A stretch of DNA of 54,263 bases, filler included, from Bipalium vagum (GCA_037834085.1; 3 parts of 3 records of this genome joined end to end with filler, not necessarily neighbours in it), one strand, 5' to 3'; positions 24,796 through 38,090 are shown, counted from the whole stretch's first letter. Numbers and translations are program-made. The notes: generated by a model not told the origin, from the letters alone.

Positions 24796-27700
24796 ACTTG
24801 GCGGCATCTACACTGTCGGACTCGATTGCAGACAGAATAGCTCCTGGTGTAATGAGAAAAAGAGACGATGTGGGGTATTTTATAAAAAGATGTCAAAGAT
24901 GACATTAAGGAGACCCCAATAAAGAAAAGAGAAACAGCGATTTATGTGCTGTTACATGAAGATCTATAGGAGGCCTACGAGGAAACATCTAGAAAGACAA
25001 GCGGATTTGAAGATAGAATACGTCTATTATTCGAAAAAGAAAAAAATTTCGTTGACGACTGGGAAGAATTAATAATGTATAGAAGAGGAAGTGAGGACAT
25101 TAAAGACTTTTTTAGGAAGGTAAGATCATTTATAGAGAAAGCACTGTCACATGATCTGATCGTTGAAAAGCTTGAGGCACTGTTCTTGGTACAATGCATT
25201 GGAGATGAAGTCTCAGAGAGAATTCAGAATGCGAAGGTTAGAGAAAGGAAGCGAAATTAAAGATTTGATGAGATTGATGACCGCTATCAAAGAAAAAGAA
25301 AAGAAAAAGTCGATGAAGGCAGTAAGAAGATACAGAGATGTTGTTACAAGGAAGGTAACACTAAATCATGACACCAGAATACCATCATTTAAAGAAAGAC
25401 AAATCGCAGGAGAAAATATTTAATGTTATGGATGTAATAAGGAAGGTCATTTAGCTCGTAACTGTACGACAAGAAGAAAAATAGAATGCTAGACCTGTTC
25501 CAGTCAAGGTCACATATGCTTCGGATGTCAGAAAGAGGGCCATATTAGAAGAAATTGTCCAAATATAAAGTGTAGGTGGTGCAACAGGAACGGGCATAAT
25601 GAAAGGGAATGTTATACGAACCTTCACGATGGTAGGAATTTTCAAGCACAGAGAATCAGATGTCCAGAAAAAGTTTATAGAAGGAAATATTTAAATGCAT
25701 TAGAAGAGGAAGTAGGCAGCGATAGAATGGTCGAATACGAAGAAGAGCAAAGCGAGAACCCAAAAGACAGGACTCCGCTAGTTGGGGAGTTAGTGGGAGC
25801 CTTATATTAAACGTCGTCAGCGATGATTCCCAAAGGGGCACGGTGCAAAGAAGAAGAGTTGGTAAAAGTGTGGAAATTCATGAAGAAAGACTTCAATAAT
25901 GTGGAGTATGGTGAAGATGTGGGAGCTGTGATTGAAGGAGGAGATTTCTTTATAACAGACAAAGTGATCAACGGAAGACCAAGTATAACGGTAGTTTCAA
26001 GGACAAAAATTCGAATGCTTATTAGATACGGGAGCTGGGGCAGTGTGATGAGTAGAAGAATTTTGAATTAGTTTAAAGACGTGTAAGTAGTGAGAAGTGA
26101 TGACAGATTAAAGTGTTCGAACAATAGCTAATTGAAAATAATAGGAAAATGATCAATTTTGATGAGAGTAGCAAATGAGTCAAAACTGGTGAACTTTACA
26201 GTAGTAGAGGAAGTAGCACCGGATTTAATAAGGTGGAATAAATCTCCAGAAAGTATTCGGATTTAGGTTGGTTAAAGAGAATTCCGGGCAGATCAAAACT
26301 GGTGGAATGGAAAGAGAAGAATCATATATATGTGTAATATTGAAGGGAAGTTTGGTAATGAGGTTAAGGAAGGGGAGCGTTTTAAGAGAGCAGTAGAACT
26401 AACAGGAGTGACAAGCGGCTGGTGCAGATAATAAAAGAGAACGAGGATGTTTTCATGGCAACAAAATGGGATATAGGATACACTCACCTTGCGAAACATC
26501 ATATCCTGAAAACAGGAGAACCGATTAATCCTAATCCGCTTAGACAGCCGATGAACTTAGAGGAGAAGATACCAGAAACAGTCAAGAACCTATACGACAA
26601 TGGAATTATTAAGAAATAAAATTCAACTTGGAACACACCGTTGATTTGGGTATGGAAGAAGAAGAAGAAAGATATCCGTATATGTTTGGATTTTCGGTAG
26701 TTAAATGTAGTGACGGAAAGGCAGGTATTTCCGATACCAAATGTTGATGAAATGTTGAACGCGTTAGGTGAGGCAAAGTATTTCAGTTCTATTGATTTAG
26801 GTAATGCCTATTATCAAGTGGAATTAGAAGAGGCATCAAAGATCAAGACGGCATATTCTACCAAGGAAGGACAATATAAGGACAAGATGCGAAACCTGCC
26901 AATTAGTGCATGAGGAGGCGAAGAATGGAAAGATGAAAGTCAGGATGGTGGATGTAATAGGCACAGAAGATGTTAAATATGCAGAAAAGAACTTGATATA
27001 GATTGTTGCTCCATGCAGGTACTGAGAAGGTTGTGGAATATATTAAGGGAAAACATGATATAGGGTTTGTGGAGTAAAGTACGGAGGGTACTATAAGGAT
27101 GCGAAGGGTACCAGAAGCATAAAATGGTTACTTCAGCAACAAAAGAGGTCACAGTAAAACTGGAAGCATCTAAAATACTTAAGAAAATTTATGTCGATAT
27201 CTGCGTTCCGTTAACGGAAACCAGGAGAAAGAAAAAGTACATCTTAGGCATAATAGATCAGTACAGTAAATATATCTGTTTAACGGCGGTAGCAAGCCAG
27301 GACGAAAAAGCAAATATAAAGGTGATAAAAAAGTTTGGTTTTCAAGTTTGATAGTCCCAAGACTATCAGTACGGATTGCACAAAAATATTTGATTCAAAG
27401 AAGATGGCAGAGTTTGCAAAAAGTATAAATTCAGAATTGCGGTTCTCAAGCCCATACCACCATAACACTAATGGCCAAATCGAACGACAATTTAGAACTA
27501 TTAGGAGGAGACTGAATGCAGCTAGAGCAGAGCAAGGAAGGAAGGATTGGGAGGAACTATTTACAGAGGTCAAGTTTTCATTGAATGCAACAACACAGAA
27601 GACGACAGGAAGGAGCCCCACAGAAATTATTTTTGGCAGGCAAATAGACAAAAAAAGATGGTATCCGTCGAGAGAGGAGGTGGATAGAACGGAAGTGAAA

Positions 27701-27835
27701 TCGATGACAAAAAGGAATTTTGAAGTTAGGAATTTTCCAAAGAAAGATACATGGATGACGGTATTTGATAGACACTCAGATGGAAGAATTCTGGAGAGAA
27801 ACGTTGAGAAGTTAAAAATTTCTTAAGAAGGGGGA

Positions 27836-27970
27836 TATAAGGAGTGATTCGAACAATTATTTATTTTGAATTTTTTTAAATAAGGACCCCACGCCTAGAT
27901 TAACAATTATTAAATGGCTGTATTTTAAGGTTTTTAAAAATTTTATTGTTACGTATTTTAATTTTTGAAA
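27836..27970 (+). repeat. 3' LTR of the gypsy element (appears truncated)
   Basis: Immediately follows the PPT; similarity to the 5' LTR fades after about 135 bp. Confidence 0.75.
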
Positions 27971-28506
27971 AAATATTTTGTAATTATAAATATATATTTT
28001 TATTATTATTAATATTTTTTATTGACTAATTGATTTTCAGCGTTTAAAAATTTTTAGGGTTTATTTTAAAATTTTCAAACTTTTAGTCGTTATCTTTTTC
28101 CTCACTGATTGTTTGTGTTAATGAAAGAATGATAATAATAATTTTTACAATAAAACATTATTAACCCAAAGATAGTACAATTGTTTAATATTACACAATC
28201 AATAAATTTACACAAAAATTATTGAATTTATAAAATAAAAAGAAATTTATAATTATAATATAACATTTATTTAAATAAATAATTTATTTTTAGAAATATG
28301 AAAAATTTAAATATTTAAAATTAGTTAATTTATAATATAATTAAATAGTCTCTTTAAAAAAATATTAAAGAAAGTAATATACATTCTTTTTTTAAAAAGG
28401 TATTTCATTGTAAATTCTAAAAATAATGTATTTTCTTGCCTTCTTGTTTTAAAAATATAGTTATGCCTGAAATTTATTGTTTAGACCAAACCAGCTAAAT
28501 ATAAAA

Positions 28507-31500
28507 ATGCAAATGGAAGATAAATATAAGAATAATTTCGAATTCTTTAAATCTTATATTACAGCGTGTTTACAAGAAAAAGATATTAATGATATCCTGA
28601 GAGATTTTGATAATATTTTTGAAAATAAAGGTATTATTTATTATTTTATGTATGGAAATAAATTTTTCTTAGATATAAATATTATAATGGCAACTGAAAC
28701 ATGTGAAAAAAGTAGAAAATTTATAAAAATTTTTGAATATTGCAATGATAATCAAAAATATTTAAAATTAAAAAATTGGGCTTCGGGTAATAATTTATAA
28801 AATTAAATTTAAAAATACATCATTAATAATCCAGAACACAATAAGTGGATATATTCGTTTCTAACGATAAATTTAACAAGTGCAAAACAAGAATTAATAG
28901 GAAAATGGATTGCATTTCAGAACACCCAAAATTTTCTTAACATACACAGGAAATCTCTTGGCATTAATAATGGTTTTATAAATGAACTATATAGTAAAGA
29001 TTTATTGTCAAAGGGTTCAAGGGACATTTTAAAGCATAAATATGAAAGTGGAGGAATGAATTTGTGTAAGTATTGATTCTTATAAATGTATAGATGACTC
29101 ATTTGAATAATCATATTGAAGAAATTTAGTTAGTAATAATAATAGTAATCGTTAAAATAAAAATATAATTAAAAAATTAAGGTTTCTCTGATATTTTTAA
29201 TGTTCTGTCTACAAGCGACCCAGATTGGTACGGACATTTTCTGTATATATTATGCAAACAAGATTCAAATTACCAAAATATTTTCTACAAGGATTTAGGT
29301 AATATTGATTTTAGAATTCAAAAATTGATAAGTTAAAAATATTCAGGTATCAATGATTATATGAGTGAAGAGGTCAAAGAAAAATTATGTTTGGAGTATG
29401 CCAAAAGGTTTCTTAATGATCATGTAAAAGGTGTGGTAAATTAAATTGAAATTATTTTTTAATCGATAAATATTATTGATTAATTTTAACATACCTTCAA
29501 GCTTATTGCTGTAAATGATATTACTTGGTTTTAAAAAATTTTGTTTTAGATCTGGGTTTCAATAATATCAAGGCTTATATTTTAAAATTTTGATTTTAAT
29601 TAATTTTTTGGTCTTCAGAATATACAGCAGCTTGATAAATTTCATAATGGTTTTGAACATTCGAATAATATATGTTCATAATATGAGAATTTTTATTTTA
29701 CAATCAAGTAATATTGTAAATTATAATAAGATAAAATTTCATAAAATATAGATTCAAATGAAAAAAATTCAAAATAAATACAAAATCTTGCGTGATATTT
29801 CAATTTTTTATTCCGATTTTTTGCGAAAAATGAATTTAGATATGGTAAACCCTTAAATGTTTATATGGTGACAGTTACACAATAAAGGTTATCTTTGTTC
29901 TTAGTTGCCTTCATTCTTTAATGATCATTTTTATAAATTAATGAAATTATTTATTTAAAAAGTGAACCTTTAGCAGGTATTCTTTTATTATGAATATTAC
30001 CGTAGTATTTCATTTACTATGACAATTGATTCTCTTCTCTTGTAATTTCATGAATCAATTCGTTTTTTTTGTCTTATCAGGTTAATTTATTTAAAAGTAT
30101 CTTTCAAGTTTTTAAAAAAAATTTCTTTCTTATCCTGTACTATTATGTCTGTTAACTTTTCAACAAAGTCGCGAGTCAACAAACTCGACCGATGGGTTCT
30201 TCACCGATTTATTCCTGCAAACAAAATGGTTAAGTTCAGTATACGCTCAAATCTTCTACAACGCCACATGCAGAAACCTTTTTGGAAAAGGATCATTATT
30301 TGTGATGAAAAGTGGGTTTCATAAAGGAATCATGCATGTCGACTATCTTCCACATCTTCAACCAATAAAAGTAGATATACACTGTGCTGAAATTGATAAA
30401 GTTCAAACCAAATTTTAGGAAATCGAAAAGGCATTATCTTACTATATGATAAAAAAAACCGCATACTTAAAAATAACTCAAGAAAAATTTCTCAATTAGG
30501 GTGGAAACTTTTATCTCACTCGCAATATAATTCGGATATTAATCCAACTGACTATCATCTTTTTTGACTGTTTAATTTTTTGTCCAGTAAGAAATACTAT
30601 TGCGTAGTTGATGATCAAAATGACCTCTCAATCTCTTTTTTGACCTGAGTTTTATGAGCGTGGTATTTTCTCGCCTATAGATAGTTTGAGAAAAGTTGTT
30701 AAGTCATTTGATTATATTGTTTAATTTGTTTATTATTGAATAAATTATTATTTGAAACTTCTGGGGGAAAACAACACTCAGTATTCCGTTACCTAAAACT
30801 TGAATCAACTTTATATAGGTACTTAAATATTTAATTTCTTTTTGTTATTCAAATAAAATATCTAGATTTCAAATATTTTTTTATAAAATCCTTTGATAGA
30901 TTGTATTTCAAAATGAAATCTCTTGATTTCACAAAGGTTTTACACAACCATTCATGGATTATATTTCAATAAAAGAAAGCGTTAAGAACAATCCTCCTCA
31001 TCAAATAACATTAACAACAGCGATTTCTCTTCAATACTAAATCCATTATCTTTCATTTTATAATTTATAATTTTCATTTTCATAATAGAAACAATAATAT
31101 ATTAATTATATCTTTTCTTATCTAATCAATGCCTATTGTTCAAAAATAAACAATATCAATATTGAAAAACCATATCATAAAAAACCATTTATCATAATTT
31201 TTTGTAATTACTGACTTAGATGTTCATATTGAATAGGCTTTGTTTCTTGAAGAAATGATTCTTCATGACATACTTTGTCAATTAGAATGTCAAAAAATAT
31301 TATTAGAATATCTTGAAGTTAAGATAATTATATTTTTATAATATTTGCTAATTCATTTTTATCATTATGTCCAATAACAGGATCATTCTACTTTTAGATT
31401 ATCAAAAGGAAGCTTTTATAAAAAATTATGAAGCAAATTTTACAGGTTTGACACCTTTCAATTGATATTTTATTTCTTTTTATGGATCTCTTCAAATGTT

Positions 31501-32513
31501 TTAAATGTTATTATTGTCGAAAATAAAAATGAACATAAATTATTACTTTTCTATCTCCTATTTTTAACAACGTTTTAATATAAGTCAATCAAATTTAAGT
31601 TACTAAAATTAACTAAATAATGGGTTTTAGACCATTTTTACGTCAATTTTCAAATTGTGTTTAAATATTGCATTTGTACTACATTTTAAATTGAATAAAA
31701 ATTATTTAAATATATATAAGAATGAATAATGAGTTATTATATATATTTGTATAAATTATTTTATAATTATGAACAGATTCTATTCAAAAGGAAGTAAAAC
31801 CAAAGTTTGTAGAATAAAAATCACACAGCTACTGGAAATGTATTTCGAAAAATCGTACAACTTAAAAGAAGTTGCTTCGGCGCTCAACATGAAATACCAT
31901 ACCGCATGGAGAATCATCATAGAGTTTAAGAAAAGTTCTCGTAAAGATAAAAAGCCAACAGGAGGATCGAAAAAACCTGCACTTGCAAAAGCAGCAGGCA
32001 CGTTCCATAAAGGGTACAAGAACAAATATAATTTTTTCTAATGTAAGAGGACGGAATATTTCTCTTATTGCAAATATCGGAGTTTCCGGTACTTATTATC
32101 ATAAGATTTTTGATAAAACTACAGCAAATCGACATTTTCTCAGGTTATTTAACAGATTTATGCATTAATCTAAGAGATGTATATGGTTTCGGAAATACTT
32201 ATATTAGTTAAATAATGCACGTGTTCAAGGTCCGAAGGATCTGGAAGAAATCAATACATCTTTTAGATACGAATTCCATTTTCTTTCCCCTTATTTCTAT
32301 ATGCTCAATCTGATTGAGTGCGCTTTTTCGAAAATATAAAAGAATGTCAGGGAAATGTTGAGAGGTGGTGAGAATGGAGATTTGAAGGATTTTGTATCTT
32401 GGTTAATGCAGCGGCTGGATTAGTATACGAACAAAAATAAAACATTAACTTGTAAAATTGAAAATTGACGTAAAAATGATATAATAATATTTATATTTTA
32501 TTTACATTATTAT

Positions 32514-32563
<50 letters not shown>

Positions 32564-35525
32564 GATTATTGAAACTATACACATTAGAACTGATAAGTGA
32601 AAAAGTTATTTAAATAAAAAAAGTTCTTGTTCAGATTTTTAGATTTTTGAAGTTTTCAATGTTACATATTTAAAAAAATATAAATAAAGGGTTAGTCAAA
32701 AACCATTTTAAAAAATATATTTGTTTTTCGCAAAGTTATAATAATTATTATGAAGTAGAATTTCTGAAAATTAAAAAACATAGAACACCGCAATGTTGTT
32801 ACTTGCGGTAAGGATAACCATTTAGTTTTTTATTTTCGATTCTGTTATGGTTTAGTTTGAAGGCCCTAAAATTATCGTTGAATCATTAATAATGGAGGGG
32901 TTTAATTTTTTTCATAAAGTATATTTCAAAGAAAGATTGATTAATCGATAAGCATGAAATTTATTTTTAACAAAATTTTATTGAAGGTCATTCAAACATA
33001 TAAGAATTGTCAAAGGATATTTCTAATGCCTCCTTTATTTTCTCTATTGACACATTTCCATAGGCGTCCATGCTAGAAAATCATAACTTTCACGAAAGCC
33101 ATTACTAATTGACTTATCAAGATAGGCATAAAATACTTCAATAATTTAAGAATAGAATATTTTGGATTATTATACTGAGGTCAAGAGGTTTAAAATGACA
33201 ACATTTGATCAATCTCATGTTTATTAATAAGTAAAAAATTCAAAGAAATATTCTGTTAAATTAGCAATCAACGTTCAATCAATTTTTAAATTAAAAAAGT
33301 ATAAAATTAATTATTAATCCAAGTTCTTTACTATTATCCTGATATCTACTAATCAATCTACCAAATTCTAAATTCATTTGCGAATTATGTTGGTAGATGA
33401 GAATTTTTTATGTATTATTAGTCGAAATAAGGTAAGGTCAGAAGGAACGAAATCTATATGAAAAGTATAATAGAATGATAGACCTTTTCAGCACAACTGA
33501 GTAAACTTTGTAGCATGTAGATGAGCGTTTTCCTGAGAAGAATGACTTTGATTTCTTTTCTTTTTAACTTATCACTTTTCATAAACTGTTATTAAAAAAA
33601 TTCATTTTTGCACAATATTTTTTCAGTATTAATTGAAAAAAATTTATGAAGATTTGAAAAGTGTTTCCTTCCTCTCAGCATTATTTTTATTGTTCCAATA
33701 CAAAAAGTTCCATCCAATAAATGAGGGGACTCATATCAGCTGCGACTATCAATATTTTGTTAATATCCAATACAGTTTCTTTTGAAATTAAATTTTACTT
33801 AACATTTTATTCTTGAGCAGAACAACGATGTTAACAAAAATTTTCAATTATTTGTTTCAGAGAGATCAGCACACTCATCTTTGGCAGTAGAATAATGAGT
33901 TAACAACATAGGGCAATTATATCTCAAAATAGATATTCAATTTTCAGTCATCTCACGAATTCTAATTGTTTGCCATCACAAACCCAAGCATTGCATTTTA
34001 CAACTGTTAAGCTGAATCTACCATCGATCTCTGATAAATATTTTATAACTTTCGATAAGAATTATTCTTAATGTCGAATACAAAAAAGTTTGATCCGTTT
34101 TACTTTTTTAATTTACATAATAATGTAACATTGTTAAATATGCAAAACACCTATAAGAAAAACTTTAGGAAATATAAATTAAATTGGAAATCAAAAATTA
34201 TTGTTAATTCAAAAACCTAAAAGTTCGTTTGGTACTTTCAAAAATTTTATTTTCATTTTATAACTATTGATTTTTCATTAAAAATATTTTTTTCATAGAT
34301 AACGGAAATCTGGCAGATGAAAATTTTGATTTAGATTACTTTGAAGACAATGAATTTTCTCTAGATGGTATGTTAATTTTTTATTTTCTTGGAATTCTTA
34401 CCTCAAAGAATATATATATATATATTATAAAATATTTCTTAAAAATTATTTTATTTTCGATATATTATTGAGTTTTTTTTCAGAAATTAAATATAGTTTG
34501 TTTATTTTCAAATTATTATTGAAAACAAAAAGTAAAATGTTAAAATTATATTTTAACATTAAAACAAAAACATTGTATAAAAAACGGATATTTGTTAATG
34601 ATAGGATTCTGTTTTGAAAGAAATATTGAAATCAACAGTAATTATATTTTGATCTCGTGCTTCATCATTTATATAAATTATAAATTTTAATTTTTTATTA
34701 GTATTATTCTTCCATTTATTTTATATATTATTTTTTTAAACGCTTTTCAATTATTTGTGATAATTTATTTCATGTTTAAAACTGATTATTACGGTTAACA
34801 AATAATGAAATTGATTAAAAAAAATTTTCTTATTATCGAAAATAACGTGTTCTTCTGATTTTTTTACGAAAACCTGATTACTCAGATTTATTGATTTCCA
34901 TGATAGATTTATTCAAAAAATTAAGTTTAGTATTAAAAATATAAACATTTTTTAATATTTACATTGATTATTGTTTTATTTACTTTTTGCAGATTCGTAC
35001 GCTGAGTTAAAATTGATGGATTTTCAAATGGAACTTGTACAGCCAGCTTTACATGGTAAAAATGTAATCATTTATGCTCCTACTGGAGCTGGTAAAACAA
35101 ACATGGCTGTTTATATCGCCAATGTAATTTTTAAAATTTAAATGTTGATTTTTAACTATCATTTTTAATCATTGTATTAAATATAATAAAATAGCAGTAA
35201 TAATTAAAAATAATAATATTAATCATAATAATAAAATAATAATTTCTTAGATAACCTTAATTTAGAAATTGATTTCTTAGGAACATTTAAGGAAAAACCC
35301 TGATGGAAAAGTGGCTTTTTTGGTACACCGTATTCCTTTGGTCTTGCAGCAGTATCGAGTTTTTAAAAAATACAAAACACCGGGCCTTAAAGTAATTGAT
35401 CTTCATGGAAGATCAGACAATATCGCAGGACCCCTTTGTGCTCACTTAGACGATAATGATGTTATAGTCATGACTTCAGAAATATTAAGAAATGCCTTGA
35501 CTATTGACAATGGGAATATGATCAG
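28507..35525 (+). CDS. RIG-I-like receptor (DDX58/IFIH1 family): two CARD-like domains + N-terminal part of a DExD/H helicase; 3' part not recovered
   Basis: Exons 28507-28630, 28673-28786, 28835-29065, 29182-29298, 29347-29430, 34299-34367, 34993-35123 and 35281-35525 join in frame with GT-AG introns. Helicase: [29 protein letters not shown]...[24 protein letters not shown]...[18 protein letters not shown]-like segments: [44 protein letters not shown]. The helicase exons are high confidence; CARD identity and their linkage are moderately high. Confidence 0.82.
30150..30720 (+). mobile_element. Mariner remnant inside the RLR intron
   Basis: [23 protein letters not shown] and [16 protein letters not shown]. 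Confidence 0.75.
31630..32480 (+). mobile_element. Internally deleted Tc1/IS630-like element inside the RLR intron
   Basis: Inverted repeats CATTTTTACGTCAATTTTCAA / [43 protein letters not shown]...KPTGG; [12 protein letters not shown]; LNNARV; [18 protein letters not shown]. Confidence 0.78.
32505..32570. repeat. (TAT)n microsatellite
   Basis: Direct tandem run. Confidence 0.85.
33380..33560 (-). mobile_element. Small mariner catalytic-domain remnant
   Basis: QENAHLHA and [11 protein letters not shown], degenerate forms of HDNARPH and DLAPSDxxLF. Confidence 0.5.
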
Positions 35526-36032
35526 GTTGGAATTTTCGCACTTTTATTGAATATTAAAAAAATGATTTTAAAAAATCTTTATGATCGCAAGACTTTATTT
35601 GGTTTTACAGAGTGCAGATTTTTAATGTATTTTATTAATAGCCAATCTTATGTTTTATTCACCAAATCGATTTGCCTTTAAATTTTTTTATTAATTTTGA
35701 TAAAAAATATAATTTTGGAATATTATTAACAGTTGAAAAATAAAACAACTGAATGAAGTATTAATTAATTAAAAATTTCTTTAACCGGATATAAAGTACT
35801 TTACTACATTGTATAATCATTGAAGAAACTTGAAAAGTTCCACAGGCACTATTCCAATAAAACTAACAATAAAATCAATCAAAATGACTGCACACATTTT
35901 TCGTGAGTCAGCAAAATATCATATTGGTTCTATAACATTTAAATTGATTTATTGTGTTAGTGATCAAATATTTTTCATATACATATTGAATAAAGTACCA
36001 TTTGGTACAATATTATATTATTTAAAATATTA

Positions 36033-36305
36033 TTAGGGTTATGCATAAGTTCACATCGTTTTTAGACGAATAATTTTTATCAATACAAATAACGAAGTAC
36101 ATTCAATCAAAATAATTTCCGTCATTATTCACAAGTTTCAAGTAAAAGATTGATTCCACGATAAAAAAAATCTTTGGTTTAATGATGGATTTTTCGATGA
36201 ATTTTAGTACCTCTTCAACAATCCCGAATTGTGTATCCGAAAAACTGTGCTGCATGGAACGAAATAGATGAAAATCTGACGGTGCAATATCTGGAAAATA
36301 AGCCG
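36033..36305 (-). mobile_element. 3' end of a mariner with one TIR
   Basis: YFPDIAPSDFHLFRSMQHSF; TIR-like TTAGGGTTATGCATAAGTTC preceded by TA. Confidence 0.8.
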
Positions 36306-36590
36306 AAATAATAATTAAAATGATTTAATTATTGATTTTTACATAAGAGCAGAAATTTGAGTAAATAAATTTTTTATAGTTAATTTCGTTTTGTGAAAGG
36401 AGTTCCAACAAATTAACAATCAGATTATTAAAAATACATTGATGAATGAATGTTTATTACATAAACTAAATGCCAATAAGAAAAGTAGAGATGTAATTCA
36501 CTTGAGCTTCGTAATATTAGGTGTATGCATTAATTTTAAAGGGTTTACAAAATACCTCATAATAAGTGTTCTATGACATAAAGACAATGT

Positions 36591-36690
36591 NNNNNNNNNN
36601 NNNNNNNNNNNNNNNNNNNNNNNNNNNNNNNNNNTTAATTAATTAANNNNNNNNNNNNNNNNNNNNNNNNNNNNNNNNNNNNNNNNNNNN
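36591..36690. other. Artificial 100-bp gap/linker: 44 N + TTAATTAATTAA + 44 N
   Basis: Same structure as 20897-20996. Confidence 0.97.
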
Positions 36691-37084
36691 TTTGCTGTGC
36701 AATTAATGTTTAAGCTAAATAATTTATTTTAAAGGTTAATGTCAATACATAATAAATTTTACTATTTCATTTAAATTGTCACGAGATTATTAATCAAACT
36801 GATTAAGCAAAACAAACAGCGAGAATTAATGCAACTACCCAATAATAATTTATATATTTATAATAAATATATAAAGAATTTTCGGATCAGTAAAATTTAA
36901 GTTCCCAAAAATAATAGACAATTAAAAATTTTGAAAAATTTAGAACTGGACTTCTAAGTTATTGGAATAAATAAACTTATCTCCCTTGGCAGAAATATGC
37001 TTCTTGTGATGGATCATACTTTGAATAAAACACTTTCTTGTTTCCTGGGGTTTTTGATATTATTTTTTCTTACCAGCCTGTTAT

Positions 37085-38090
37085 ATTAAGAGGGCGCATT
37101 GAGTTTAGCCCTTTTAAACAACTTTTAATATTTGTTTCATGACAAATAAACAATAAAATTAATCAAAGTACATTCCATTGTTAAAAATGACTTTCCCGTA
37201 AATCTGGGCAACATAAGCATTCTGTGGCGGTAAATTATTTTTATTTAGGATGAATTCAATTGGACACTCAATTTTGAACATCTTCGTACAAATAGAATTG
37301 CATATCTTCCAAAGAATGTACCAATTCATGGTACCTTCTATATCTCACCAAATACAAAGCAAAACTTTTTTATCATCATTATTGCCCTCTCGGTGCATGT
37401 TTATGCCGGTCCTGGATCAGGCCATGGTGTCTGCCGTTTACAGTGATGGAAATAAATCTTTTTTGCATCAGCACATAATAATTTTCCACACAAAAAATTC
37501 TTTCCTCTGTCTAACAAATAAAATGTGACTATTTTTAAACCATAACAAATAGTACTTTTACTCAAATTATGAGAAACTCATTTTTCCACCTTTCAAATTT
37601 TTCCTAGCGCATGTAGCCCTCCTAGCCCTAAATTGTTGATCTATGTGTACTTAGTGTCATAGCATAATGTTTTTCTGTTAGAGCAGGATTATAGTTCAAA
37701 AAATCTTACAAATGTTTCTGGCTGACCTTACCCTTCTTTATCCTTCAAATCGAATTACTTTAGTTTACATCCAGTACACCAGAATTTGCAGTTTGACAAC
37801 GATGTAGCCTCATCGTTATATGTTTCTTTAGGACTTTGACTCGCTTCCGCAACCGATTTCTACATATTGAATAAAAACATTACTAATATGAAATGTAATT
37901 TTGGCCTATTCATTTTTGGCGCCTTTTAAAATTATTTATTTAAACAAAAAGTATTTCTAAATATACATAAATTTATATTAGACCTTCAGTTGTTTAAAAT
38001 AAATTTTGTTGTTTTAACTTTATTTGAAAAATAACTAACGTTATTGGTTACTTTAATTTGAGACCAGAATTAAGGCGCCTTCCTGATTTT
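37085..38090 (-). mobile_element. Decayed, internally deleted mariner
   Basis: MNRPKLHFILVMFLF...KSVAEASQS, KKVLLCIW*DIEG and C-terminal VIFNNGMYFD*; degenerate TIR-like ends. Confidence 0.7.

Larger units (their letters stand above)
24516..27970 (+). mobile_element. Decayed, internally deleted Ty3/gypsy LTR retrotransposon
   Basis: Direct repeats start TATAAG[A/G]AGTGATTCGAACAATT at 24516 and 27836. PBS-like TGGCGGCATC at 24799; polypurine tract AAGAAGGGGGA at 27825-27835. Gag CCHC knuckles at about 25424-25615, protease LLDTGA, RT N-terminus (RICLDFR*LN, FPIPNVDEML, YFSSIDLGNAYYQV), then integrase (IIDQYSKY, SSPYHHNTNGQIERQFRTI). Gypsy domain order. Confidence 0.93.

Noticed and set aside
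34993-35525. Dicer or FANCM helicase
   Set aside because: [16 protein letters not shown] and the upstream in-frame CARD-like exons fit an RLR better, though this is not formally excluded without the 3' end.
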